A stretch of DNA of 63,863 bases, the filler included, from Bipalium vagum (Eukaryota), in NCBI GenBank assembly GCA_037834085.1. It is 3 parts of 3 records of this genome, joined end to end, with 100 filler letters (N's around TTAATTAATTAA, not from the genome) between each part and the next. Parts side by side here need not be neighbours in the genome. Positions count along the whole stretch, not along the records: positions 21,498 to 48,214 come from JBBMKC010123114.1; positions 48,315 to 63,863 come from JBBMKC010160400.1; 1 more part is not named here. One strand, 5' to 3'. A program made the position numbers and the translations under genes. Below, piece after piece: positions 40,451 to 53,396 of the stretch. The notes under the pieces were generated by a model. It saw only the letters and a list, made by a program, of their open reading frames with translations. It was not told the origin of the DNA and did no database searches. Every line of letters begins with the position of its first letter. Positions within the stretch are counted from its first letter, which is position 1.

Positions 40451-41649
40451 TATTAAATTATTTAAAAACCAGTTTGTGGCATTTTTATTATAATTTTCAT
40501 TTAAACAACAATAACTTTGAATTATTTAAACAATGAGGTGATACGCATAATGAACTGATCCCTTCATATATATTGAGTTAATAAAAATGTGTTATTAAAA
40601 TTTTTAATTTCAAAACTTTTCATTTATCGCTTAAGAACATTTTAAGGATTTATGTTCCATTTATTATTTTAGAAAATTCATTTGGAAATAAGAGCTCTAA
40701 ATTTGGTTGACAAAATTTGATTTTAATTACCGTTTTAATTAGAATTTTTATAACTTGAAAACGAAATAGATTTCATATGAATCAATAATTATTGTTCAAT
40801 AAAAGAGGAAAAAACATAATAGCATGGAGAAAATTAAAATAAAATTTAATTTAAAAAATTTGAGATAAAATTCACTGAAAAATGTTCGCTAATAAATTTT
40901 GAATAAATTCGCTTTTTTCAATTTAATTATTTTATAAATAATAAATTAAATAAGTCCTGGTTTGTTTTAATCAGAGCATTATATTTTTTCCATTTCTGAA
41001 AATAATATTTCAAATAATATCAATAGATTAATTATATGATTTATTCATTGATGTGGCCTATCTAGCCCGATCTACCCCACTATCTGGAGAATTATAATAT
41101 ATTTCTCTCTTCATTGACTTGATAAATTAGGTGCAGCTTTCCCGAGCTTACATCGGCTCATCGTTTCTGTAATATGAATTGGGGAAATTTTAATTAAGGA
41201 ATGATTTATAAATCTTCTAAGTAATTTTTGATAACAATATGTGGAGTTTTTCTAATTTTTGTGGGGAATATTTATTACAATAAAAGATAATTAAACTGTT
41301 GTGATCAAATATATTTTTAATCATTTCATTCAGAGAGATTTTCTTAAATTTTCGTTGAGGACTACATGCATCAGATACCCCTAAAATTTATGTTTAATTC
41401 AGGAGTTGTTGTTGTATGCTGACGAAGGAGAAAAGGATGGTTTTCTCAATTTTCTGAGAACAATTTCGCCTTCTCAGTGAATATCAGAAGAAGACACGAG
41501 TCTGATAGAAAAATTGCTACAGGAAAATTTCAATCAAAAACTCGCGAAATGATTATTGAGAAGAGCGTTGACAAAAGCCGCAATCATCATGCATCTGTAT
41601 AAAATCACGATACTTTAAAAATTAGGCGCTTCCATCTCTGAAGTTTGCC

Positions 41650-41865
41650 AATAACATAAGAAATGCTAGAACGTTGTCATCAACACTTCCTTGGTTTCAA
41701 GCCATTTCCATCCACCACGACGGGATCAGACCTTTCATACATCGTCGCCAATTTTTCGGAATACATTACCACCGAAAAATAGTTAATGTTGGACATCTAA
41801 CTCAGTCGATATAAACGTCAGACCTAGCCCAAACCAATTGTCATTTCATCTGATTTATGTAATAT
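41650..41865 (+). mobile_element. Mariner catalytic-domain fragment
   Basis: HHDGIRP and SDLAQTNCHFI*FM (compare HHDNARP and SPDLAPSDYHLF). Confidence 0.5.
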
Positions 41866-42391
41866 ATATTTTAATATTATATTATGGTTTATTATTATTT
41901 ATTGGTTTAATAATATTATTATCAATAATATTATTTATTATTATTATCGACAAAACATTTTAATAAAAAAATATAACTGTCATTTAAAGAAATAAAATGT
42001 TAAATTATATGAATGACGAAGAACGGAAAAGAAAGTTTAAAAAATGTTTCATAATAATATTTTTTTAACCAATTTTGTTTTAAATTGTTGAAAAGCGTTT
42101 ATTTGATTTTGTTCACATTGCAATATAATAATAATATTTTCATCAAAACCGGTAAATCCATTTAAAGACAGAATCGAAAAATTGAAGATTGAGAAGAAAT
42201 TTTAAACGATGGAGAACTGTATATAATATATTGATGTTTTTTGTTTCAGTAAATAAACAGATTGTGTTTAAATATATAGAGAGTTACTCATAGGTCGAGC
42301 TGAAAATAAAGTTGAGTATTACTTTTTATACCTGAAAATGAATAGATTTAATTTCATAACGATAAACTAAATATATTCTGGTTTTATTTAG

Positions 42392-42393
<2 letters not shown>

Positions 42394-42451
<58 letters not shown>
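42394..42451 (+). repeat. (TAA)n microsatellite
   Basis: About 19 units. Confidence 0.97.
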
Positions 42452-44149
42452 TAGTAATTATTTAGTGATAATAAAATAATAATTCGTTAAAATACATGAT
42501 ATAATATATAATTATTATAGAACAAATAGTATATTTTTATTTTAAATAATTAATAAAAATAAAATTATAAAATTCTTCAAATATTATTTAATTTCAATTA
42601 TAATTTTAGAAATATAATAAAGAATTTATAAATAGATTTTCATTGTAAATATTAAATTAATAATAATTTAATTAATTTATTCACATATCACCGTAAACAG
42701 TAAAAATAGAAAGGAAATCCTTTTCATTTCGACAATAAATTTTAATATTCTTATGTATAAGATATATCGAAATAAGAAATGTGAAAATTCATTATTTACA
42801 TAGTTCTACAGAAAAAGAAATAAAATCTTTAATCAATTTTATGCCTGATTGCTGAATTTGTGAATCAATTGGCATATTCTATTCTCTTGAAATAATTTTT
42901 ATAAGATTTTGAATTTAGGATAAAATAAAAATTTTTCTATTTATATTTCTAACATTGCGGAAAATTTAAAGAAACCTAATAAAAATATAATTATTTCGTA
43001 ATTGGAATTATATCTTGGTTAGACATTTTTTAAATAAATAATTTTACAAAAATGTTAATTTATATCCAAATATTTTAACTTTATTAAATAAAATTGTAAC
43101 TATTAAAACATTTTTCAAATCCTAATTTTAATTAAAAATTTTAAAAATTAAATCTTAAAAATAAAATGGAATTAGGATTAAATTTTAATAATATAATAAT
43201 AATATTAAATTATAAATTTAAAAATTCTAATTTGACGCTATTTTAGAAATTAATTTCTTCAAAAAATTATTTACAATTTTATCAAAATGTTTCAAAATCA
43301 ATTTTTTAATGAAGAAGTAAATAATAATAATTAATTTTCTTAATTAACAAAAGAGCATGACATTTTGTTTTGTTGTATTTAAAAATCAATATTATTTTGG
43401 GCGCAATAATAATTTTATCCAAATAACTTATTAGTTGTCTTGATAATATTACATTATCATATGAAGAAGATGCATGCAGAAATTTAGATTTTCCATTAAT
43501 ATAAACTTAATAATATAATTTCAAAATTTATTTCGTTTAATTTTTTTTGTTAATTAATTTTATTATCAATTATTATTAACTGACTTTTAAAAATGAAATT
43601 GAAAAAAACATTTTATTTGACATTTAAAAATGTTCAAATAATATAAAAAATATAAATAAGTGATTTCTTTTTTTTACTTTCATTTTATTAAAATAAATAA
43701 AATTTATTTATTCAATAAAGATAAAAAATTCTTTAAAATTGGCATTTCTTAGTTTTAATTTTTATTATTTACATAAAAATTGAAGTTTAATTTATGACTG
43801 AAATTAAATAATTACAATTTTACATGAGTAGAATATTTTAAATTGTCTAGATTCCAGTTTTAAGACAAAGAATTTTGCAATTTCTGTTTAAGGTAAGTCC
43901 CTTTTATATTCAGTGGCTTAAATTGGAATAATAATAAATATTATTACTATAATAAAATAATAAAAATATTTTTTTTTAAAAAGCAACGAATTTAATTAAT
44001 TAATAATCCAATAATTATTACTTTTATAATTTAAAATAGTCTTGTTTTATTCAAAAATTTCTCTTTGGAAAAATAAAATAAAAATATTTTCCTTTAATAT
44101 TGTTTCAAAAAAATCATAATAAAAACCAGGTTGATGGAAAAGATCGTAC

Positions 44150-45100
44150 TCAAAATAATATTTTATTTATTTAAAACAATAAGACTACTCTTCAAAGAAA
44201 ATACCAACAGCTTAAATGATTTTTCGCCACCACTCTGCCAGCATACTTATCTGACGAAAGTACCAATTCCTTTGTTTGGTTCTAAAAAGTAAAGAAAGCC
44301 ACCATTATTTCATCTTCAGATTCAAATCGGTGCTCACTGAAGAACTGTTGCGTGAATTGAAACAATTCATACTCAGATGATGCAGTTTTAGGACAGTATG
44401 CAGGATGAGGCAAGATTTCAACTCCTTCCAGATTTTTAAAAAATTTCTCTGACTAAGGAAGGCAGGATACTTCAGCTTAAGTGCTTCATAAACATGACCA
44501 AGCTGGCGGCAATAAAGCTCTGCAAATTTGATTTAACCATTAGAGAACAGTTCATAATGAAGAATTCCTTCATAATTCCACAGACACCTAGCAAGAATTT
44601 CCTGTCAAACTTGGATTGACATGCAAATAAATTTTTCATCTGATGTCACAATACACCTCTAAAAGCGGTCATCTAGCGGGCTTTCAAGCAGCTTTTTGCA
44701 TATATCAACTCTGTTCCTCGCTTGCTCTTCACTTAGGTATTGTGGATCTTGTCTTAGATTTTTAATAAAATAGAGTTGATGTAAATATCTCAGGACAGTT
44801 GTTTGATGTAAACCAATATTTGCAGTTTAATCGCGTGAACTTGAAACATAATTGTCTTTCAATGCTGTAATCAATTCATCATCCATTAACAGCGAAGGTC
44901 TGACATAAACGTGGCTTTTCTTCAACGTTCAAATCTCCATTGTTGAAGTGCTTGAAGCACTTAGCAGCAGTCCTCTGAGCAACGACTCCTTCAGCTTCAA
45001 ATTCGCATATCTCCTTGTAAGCATCTCTAGTGATCAGCCTCTTTACAATAATGGCGTTACAACACTCTTATATACATTTTGTAGAAGTCATCTTAATCAC
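44150..45100 (-). mobile_element. Near full-length decayed mariner
   Basis: DAYKEICEFEAEGVVAQRTAAKCFKHFNNGDLNVEEKPR, RQDPQYLSEEQARNRVDICKKLLESPLDDRF*RCIVTSDEK, EILPHPAYCPKTASSEYELF. Confidence 0.9.
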
Positions 45101-46539
45101 AAGATTTGAAAAAATAATTTGTTGAAATTCAAAATCGTACAGTCAATATTTCATTATTTAAACAAATGATAAATCGATACTGAAATAAAATTATACATTT
45201 TAAACATAAATTGCAGCTGTTTCATTTTGAAAATAACAGTAAGACCTCATTTGGAATGTAAAATTGCTCCATAAACATGTAATAAGGGCTCTAATTTCAT
45301 AATACGATTTCTTCCATTAATTATACTTTTGAATAGAAAAGCAATCAGAAAATTCATCCTTGATTATATTTTGCACAGATATCAAAATATTTAATTTTAA
45401 TTATATTCAGAGAGGGTTGAAGAGAAAAGATATCTTTGAAACTAAGGTTCTCAAGTACAGACCAATCAATGTGCAGATCCCAGTTGGGAATATTTATCCA
45501 TTTCTTTACAGTTCTTTTTAAATTATTGATTTCCTGATGAGATAAAACATAATCGATGAGAATGTTTTATGATGTTATCAATCAAATTTCTGAGTTCAAA
45601 TTTGGTAAAATTTAAATGATTAATAAAAATTATATTTATGACAATTTTATTCAGGGACACAATTTATTATTATTTATTATGGCTACAGTGAGAGGCTCAT
45701 AACGAGATGATCACCAGACTCTATAATTTAATTCGTTGGAAAGATCTAAGTTTGATGAAAGAAAAAGAAAAAATAAACAATGACAATATCAAATCCAAAA
45801 GTTTGCCGAATGAGCTTATCTTAAATGAGCTATCTTGTAACCTGAACAAAAGATCCAAATATTAACATTTTAAAACCTTTTTCTGATCTTTATACAATAG
45901 TGTGAAAAGTGATTACCTCTAAACCTTGAAAACATTCCCAAAAAATGAAGCTCTTTTCAATAGGAAGTAAAAATCTTGTTATATTTATGCAAAATAAAAT
46001 AGAAAGAAAGAAAAAAGGACTAGGCTTTGATAAAACAAAATTATTCTTGGTGCAATCTGCTTTTTATAACATCATTTGTTTCATTTTCAAATTTGTGGCT
46101 TGTTGGAAACGATAATGTCATCGATAATGTGCTCTTCCAAGCCTATTTCAATTTCTTCACTAATGAATACGGTGTACTAAGGCTATCAGAATGTCCAGCT
46201 TGAAATAGCAGTTTGTAAAATGTAACTTAATCAAAAAGACTTGTGAAACACATTTTTTTCATCAAAATATGTTCCAATTTTCTCAACACACTTCTACCCT
46301 AGAGACAATAAGTCACAAATTCCCTATTCATAGAAATCAGAATTCCTTGTCTCAGAAAAGTGATGAATCACATTTTGAAAGTCAGATTCGTTGCGAAACT
46401 TTGGAATGAACGTATTGATCAAATATTTATCCATATATTAGAATATGTGATGACGAGTGGTCTTGAACATAAGCTGATAAAAAATCTTTAAATCATATAA
46501 CTCTTGTGTTGTTAAACTCGAAAATGAATTAGTCAATCA

Positions 46540-46980
46540 TTGTCCTGAAACAATGTAGATCTCTTACTATTTTTAAAGCAACTTTTCATGCACTACTTTA
46601 ATTTTATTGAATTATGACTGAGCAGTGCTAGTGGATTCAGCAGATTTTAAAAATTAGTGAATTATCATTTAATTGGTATGGTATCCATTTATCGAGCTAC
46701 TTTAATTTATAACCTCTTGAATATAGTGGTAAATGGTTGGTAATAATTATTTCTGTAATTCATTTTCTCGTATTGCTTTCAACGACTGGTTTCACAAAAT
46801 TTTCATTAAGTACGACAGCAGGCGGTCTTTTACAGTCATCATTTTCAAAGCTAGTTACTACTTAAACTTCGGAAAATATATTTGTATTGATCTATCGCTT
46901 AAAAGCCATCACCCGATGAGAAATTAATATTTCTAACGGCTTCTGCGCATTATGATGAAGCCTGAATTCATAATTAATGC
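46540..46980 (-). mobile_element. Mariner N-terminal remnant
   Basis: FENDDCKRP, VVESNTRK, LDKWIPYQLND. Confidence 0.6.
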
Positions 46981-48214
46981 AAATTCAAATATGTTCAACA
47001 ATTTCCTAGAAAATTCTAGAGATAACGTGTAATTCTAAATTAAAACGCTTACTTTTACAGTAATATGAAAAACCAAAACTAGCGCTTCACCTTGGTAAAC
47101 TAACATAAATACTATCATATCTATTGATTGATTGACAAATCTTTGAAATAATAAAACCAAAACTCATTATCTCAAGTGAGATAACCTGATACTTTATACT
47201 TCACGTGACCTATCAGGATCAATATGGGAAATTCAAAACTTCCTGTCTTGTATAGGTCGGATCAATTCAAAAATGGAACCTCATGATTATCACCAAAATT
47301 ATCATGATTATAACCAAATCCATTTGAAATCCAGCCTTCACATAACATCTTAAAATAGTTACTACTGTCAGCTCTATTAAATCATCAATCAACCAAAGAA
47401 AAATAAAAAAACTGGTTTTTGTCAAATGCATTCTGAAATTGCCTAATCTGATATAGTATCCCGTGCAACAAACGTTTATGATATTTTTTCACAATTTTGA
47501 TGCCTTCTTGATCTACCAGTTGCAATTTGTAATTTTTAAATTGAGAGAATAATTTTATTATTAAATATACCATAAGCTTGGTGATTAGGCATCAAACGAC
47601 GAAGTCATTAAAGTCGTGAAATAATTTAAGTGTTGAAAAAAGCCGACCATCCGGATACCATTTACAATGCCAGATAAAATTTAAACTTTACTGACAGTTT
47701 TTTATTCGGAATACTGAGTGACCAGTTTGTGAAGGACCACTGCCGATGGAAATATGGATTTTTATTCTCAGACCAGTATAAACTGTCTGGAAAAGATAAG
47801 TGTCCACAAGCAGACGTTAGACTGTGCTCATAATAATATTGGTTTAATTTTATAATTTCGCTTTAATCTCAGACAACTGCTAAAACCATGAAGAAACGAT
47901 AATCAATAAAGAAAAAATATTTCTAATCAATTATTAATAGAATTTAACATTAAATAATATTTTATTTCACTTCCGAAATCTTTATTAAAATGCAATAGAG
48001 AGAAAAACTATTCAATAATTTCTAGGCTCAAGTCAGAAAATGAATATTTTTATTGATTATTGTTTATATTTTTTTGTCAAACTGAAATATAAAAAGAACA
48101 TTTTACTTATTTTATTATTTTGGTGCACTTCAATTTTATTTATATAAAGAACAAAATCAATAATTCAATAAGAAATCTGTACTATTGCCATTGGACTTAA
48201 ACATAAAAAACTAT

Positions 48215-48314
48215 NNNNNNNNNNNNNNNNNNNNNNNNNNNNNNNNNNNNNNNNNNNNTTAATTAATTAANNNNNNNNNNNNNNNNNNNNNNNNNNNNNN
48301 NNNNNNNNNNNNNN
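48215..48314. other. Artificial contig-joining linker (44 N + TTAATTAATTAA + 44 N)
   Basis: Identical 100-bp structure to 21398-21497. Confidence 0.97.
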
Positions 48315-48339
48315 AATAATTAATTGATAATTATCAATT

Positions 48340-48600
48340 TAAACCCTATTGTGGTTTCTACCATATACTTTACAAGGGTTGTCAAGGATGTCCTTGGCTA
48401 ACCCAACACTTATATTCATTTGTTTTTGACTTGACGATTTTTAGCGAGTTGATCTTTGATAATCAGATATTGGAATGATTTTGATATGATATTCAGACAT
48501 TTGAACGATTTTCGTTTTGATCGGATTCTGCATTTGTGACGAGTGCATGAGTTTTTGTTGAAAGATTAAATAGTTTTATTGTTTTTGTTTTTTATTCAAT
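48340..48600 (+). mobile_element. LINE reverse-transcriptase remnant
   Basis: KGCQGCPWLTQHLYSFVFD (compare GVRQGCPLSPxLF) and a downstream DSAFV. Confidence 0.45.
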
Positions 48601-48880
48601 TTAGCTTACATTTGTGTAACTGTAAAAGTGCAACGAACGCATTAGAAAATTAGATGTAGGAATTTGAAAGAAATCAGATAGCGACTATACCGAAAAGAAG
48701 TATCGAAAATAGTAAAAATAGTATTGTTATTACATTTTTTAATAGATTTGATTGCAAATCTTTAATTAACAGTTATTATTAAATATTAATAATAAATATT
48801 TTTAAAAATGTAATTTTAAAATTTTGATTCACGACTGCATACAAGTGATCTGATTTTGTATAACCAATTAATAATAATTT

Positions 48881-48973
48881 CTAACTGTAATTCAATCACA
48901 AATTAGTGTTAATAAATTAAATAAATACTAATAGTCGGTGAACGTATCGCAGACATTAGAGTTAAATGATTCC
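48881..48973 (+). repeat. Dispersed repeat copy A (~95 bp)
   Basis: ctaactgtaattcaatcac...gttaataaattaa...tactaata...gtgaacgta...ttaga.ttaaat.attcc recurs at 51296-51390. Confidence 0.85.
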
Positions 48974-49926
48974 ATTATTCTTTTATTTTTTAGTATTTTT
49001 TGTTCTTCAAGTCAAGTAGGGCGAACAACTGAATTTTTACCTGAGGGCCCTTCAGAGTAGTTACCAAATGGTTATCTATCTTAACATTATCTTCTTCTCT
49101 GGTTCTATCTTAACCTCAACCTGTTAAGAAACATTAACATCAGTCAAATTTATTTAAAAATATATTTTATAAAATTCAATTGCTATCTTAGTTAATAATT
49201 CGATTTATTTTGTTATATTATTCGATTCAGTATTGGAAAAAAGATTTGTCAATTAAATTTGTCACTCTTAAAAATTTTAACTATTCCATATAATACGCGC
49301 AAATAAATCCTTCTGAAACAGATTAATTGTTAAGGTATCCAAACTCATCTGATATCTTCACACATTATTAACCCAACTTTGAGCAAGCTTAACGCATAAA
49401 CATAAGTTTAGAGTTTTATTTAAAAAATGACAATGTTTTGACTAATAAGATAACTTAAAAGCAACACCTAAAATTCATTTATACATGTTGGCACTAATCT
49501 TTCCAACCTATATTTCGAATAACTGAATACTTCAATCAACCTATTGTTCTTCGATTTTAAACCAGTGATTACTGAAATATAATGGAATGAAAATAAAACT
49601 TTGGATTCAAACCAATTTGATGCAAATGGTTGAGATTAGTAATATATTGAAAACGCAATGACTAGCAACCATAAGATAATTTTTCTCCCCAGATCTTTTG
49701 AATTAGATCAACATTTCACTATTACACATTAAATTTCTCAAAAATCAAACAAATTCAGTAATAAAATGATTTTTTTATAATAATTTATCAATAATAAATT
49801 TCAATTACTGTTAAAAAATTGATTCTTCTTCAAAATAAAGACAAAAATCAATTTATCAACCGAGTGACTTTAAAGTCAAAATTAACCAAAATAATCAGTT
49901 TCCTTTATAGAACAAAATAGAATAAT

Positions 49927-50135
49927 TGTGCAAGAACTCTCAAAAATTAACTTTTTAAAAAATCCTCAAAATTAATCTATTTTATTTAGTAGCTTTTAAG
50001 TCTGACAGCTCTGAGAGCTTCTTATATAGGATATCACAGAGCTTCTCCATTTGCTAGTTTCGACAGGCGACTAATTTTCTAAGGAGAAAAGTATATTACG
50101 GAATTTCTAAGAAAATCCAAAATTCGGGCGTTACA
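49927..50135 (-). mobile_element. Possible solo LTR (~209 bp) in an intron of the TPI-like gene
   Basis: The minus strand starts TGTAACGCCC, ends ...GCACA, and contains TATATAA followed by AATAAA; no TSD visible. Confidence 0.4.
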
Positions 50136-50230
50136 TGAAAGCTTACGTGTACCTGAGAAATCTCGTAAAAATATTAATTTTGTTAATTTAAATTTCATAA
50201 CATAATTCCATTTTTAAATTAACAATTTAC

Positions 50231-50439
50231 CGAAAATAGTTTTAAGATATTCAGCATACCCATCTGCTGGATTTTCGGCATTGAAACATTTTGGTATATA
50301 TTGAATGCATATAATTACTTCAAGACCTTTTTTTAATGAATAAATTATCTTTTCTGATAGCATTTCCGGTGAATCATGGGAAGCATCTTGTATTGAATTT
50401 ATTATGATCCAGTCACAATCACAGACCAGCGTATCAATG
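50231..50439 (-). CDS. Internal exon of a divergent triosephosphate-isomerase (TIM-barrel) homolog lacking the catalytic His motif
   Basis: (S)IDTLVCDCDWIIINSIQDASHDSPEMLSEKIIYSLKKGLEVIICIQYIPKCFNAENPADGYAEYLKTIF aligns by eye to TPI [73 protein letters not shown]. Acceptor ttag|C (phase 2) and donor G|gtaaat (phase 1) fall at intron positions known from human TPI1. Confidence 0.78.
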
Positions 50440-51295
50440 CTAATCAATTGAAAATCTCAATAATGATAAGCAATTTTTCAATATTTTTATTTAGTTCTTT
50501 ATTATAAATAATTTTATCAAACACCCTTCAAGCTTACTTATCCAAATCTAGTTTTCTGGATTCGAAAAATTGACAGAAAGAATTTTTGATAGTTCTGTGT
50601 TCATTGAAGATCTTATCTTTGATGAGTAGAATAAAATATCGAAAAAAATGATATTCGTTTGGCGATATTTTAATATTTTAAAATAGTTCAAAATTCAAAA
50701 ATAGCAGTTCAAAATAGTTTTAATCAGCCTATAATATTAAAATAATTTACTAAATGTTACCTTTTGAAATGAGTAGCTAGCATAGATTTTTTTGAAAAAT
50801 AATCATTACATAAGATTGGATAAAAATATATAATTAAATTTAAAGAATACGCATATTTTTAAAACAAATAATGGTAAGAAAAATGCACTCAAATTGCTCT
50901 CTAAAAAAATGACCCAATTAGGCTACCTCCCAGAAAGAATGTTTATAATGCAAATCTTTCACTTATTCATCAGCTAAAAACAGGCGTTCTATATCTTCTA
51001 TTTTTGGTTATTTTTCTTAACATCCAAAAATTTATGGTCACCTTTTAAAAATAAAATCAATACCTATCACTTTTATTAAAAATTAATTGTTGCAGTTTAA
51101 TTTCATGAATTTAACAATAAATATTAATATATTCCTGTTAAAAAAAAAATTCATATTTGGTTATTGGTTCCTTAGTAGAACAACCGAGTCACAGGTAAAT
51201 TTATGTCTAATTTTTTTCTATCTGAGTAAAAAATTAAAAACATTTTCATTTCGTTTTCTATTATTGAAGATAATATAAGTTCAGAAGTGCATTCT

Positions 51296-51390
51296 CTAAC
51301 TGTAATTCAATCACGAACTATAAATTGTTAATAAATTAAAAGTACTAATACTCAGTGAACGTAAAACAGATATTAGAATTAAATAATTCC
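51296..51390 (+). repeat. Dispersed repeat copy B
   Basis: Direct-orientation diverged copy of 48881-48973. Confidence 0.85.
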
Positions 51391-51649
51391 CCTGTTTTCT
51401 TAAGTTTCTCAGTATCTTTTTTTGTTAATGTATATTCAAGTTCAGAACTTTGGTTATTCTGGATAACAATTTTAATGTTTTTAAAAATATTTATTTAAAC
51501 TATAATATGGCAACTATGTCGGCAACTATTGATCTTTGTCGACTCAGAAAATGGGTGGGGACGTAAATTAGTAAGAATTTTTCATTTTTAATTTCTTTGA
51601 ATAGATTCATTATTGTTTAATTACTGGTCATTTCTCTGTATTATTATTT

Positions 51650-52545
51650 TTATCAATTCAGAAGTAGTTAACGTGGGAGAGTACTGACAGGAGCTTAGTG
51701 ACATACTTCAGGAAAGTTAAATGTGCTGAGATTCTACAGGTCTTAACAAACAAAATTATGAAAGATCATTGGCGTGCGACACATTTTCTAAATTTGTCTT
51801 CAAAAGGCAGATTTTAACGAGAAATAACTTTAAATAACGATTCTGTCTAAACCTTTATCATTACATGTAAAGAAGCATGGATATTGTTGTCATCCTCAAC
51901 TTTGGATAGTCAATAAAATTGCATTTCAAAAATTTAGTTATCATTTATTGAAATCTGTGCAGAATTATCTCAACTGGTAAAGATCGGCTTTATAGAGAAA
52001 TATGAAGAATATTTTTATACAAGTTTTCATCAAAAATTCTCCAAACTTTTCAATGATGACACTTAAAGATGAAAAAAGGTTATCGATGTAAAAGGTACGT
52101 CGATGTGATTTGAATACATATTTTTCTTCTAGGTTTTCTTTTTAATTTCAATGTTGTTCTAAAATACGACAAAACTTCCTTCTCCATCCAATAAATATAA
52201 AATTGTGACAATTAATGAAATATGTTCACCTATTTTCATCTTCACTTCTCGTTGAATAATTACTACAGCCAGACGCTGAAATTTTAATTTTTCTCGGCAA
52301 TTTTTGTCGGAAATGAGGAACGAAGTATTTTGAAGGATCAATAACTACGTCTGCACAATAATTGTCACTTGGTTAAATTAAAAAAATATATATATAGAAA
52401 ACCTGTATGCACATAATCGAGAGGACCTGTGTTGAGAAGATTCAGAAATTTTGTGATATCACTAGGAGAAGATGACTGTGGAAAACGACCAGCAACAAGA
52501 AACTTCGTGTTTTCCACCATTGTGCGCGATATCGTGTTATAATTA
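51650..52545 (-). mobile_element. BEL/Pao LTR-retrotransposon pol remnant in an intron of the TPI-like gene
   Basis: In the expected order: NGGKHEVSCCW (compare GRYEVxLPW), VVF, TFYIDN (compare FYVDD/N), APVSTLPR (compare APxxxTIPRLEL). Confidence 0.45.
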
Positions 52546-53211
52546 ACTGTTAATAATAAGAAAAATACTTCAAATAAACAACGTTTTTAAAAAATTATCA
52601 TCATTAATAACTTGATGAAAATTTAGAAATGATTGAAATTACTATAATACTTAATGTAACGATATTAGTTATTATTATAATTATTTTACAACATTATTTT
52701 ACAAATTACTGTGAATTTGATTTTGATAAACAATATTGACTACTGTTATTAAATAGAGAATAAATTAACACTAAATTCTTTGTAAAAATATTAATAATAA
52801 CAAGATAAATACTGTCGAAGCAAATACCAAAGAAAAACTTAATTAATTTTCTTTACAATTCTAATTTGATTTTGATAGCTTGGATTCTTTAATTTTTAGT
52901 AACTTGAAATCAATGTAATCACAATTCTTTGATTAAATTAATTAATTAATTATTAATTAAAAATTAAGATTTATTATTTAATACATTAATCATTATTATT
53001 TTTTGCTTATAATTTAGTTATTTATAATTAATTTAGTTTTAATAAAATTATTTTTATCTTCTTTTAGTTTGAATTCGGAAAAATTATTCAATAATTAATA
53101 TTTTTATTTAATAACTTTATGCGATGCTTTTTGAATTACTGAATCAATCCAAACACTTCACTGTCTTAATATGTAGGTTAATCTGCTTACCTTTTCTAAT
53201 TTAAATTTCAC

Positions 53212-53396
53212 CAAATGCCTTTTGTTTTTCTAAACTGGATTTTTTGCTTAAATTGGTCATCGGCAGGACGAAATATTTCATAATTCTTCAAATTCCTAGC
53301 CTTGTAGAAACAAATATCACAGGGACTAATTAAAATTTTATTTCGTTCATTAAAATCAGTCAGTTTTAAATATTCATCAAATTCGACAGGTTTCAC
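53212..53396 (-). CDS. Probable upstream exon of the TPI-like gene (5' boundary unresolved)
   Basis: FDEYLKLTDFNERNKILISPCDICFYKARNL resembles TPI [32 protein letters not shown]. A phase-2 donor (ATT TG|gtgaaa) joins in frame to the exon at 50439. Confidence 0.5.

Noticed and set aside
49041-49120. Exon-like segment resembling ribosomal uL6 (VKIDNHLVTTLKGPQ) or the next TPI exon
   Set aside because: Stops in all three frames from the acceptor; similarity too short.
50950-50975. Minimal hammerhead core CTGATGA-ataagt-GAAA on the minus strand
   Set aside because: No convincing stems I/III or cleavage triplet, and no Penelope context.
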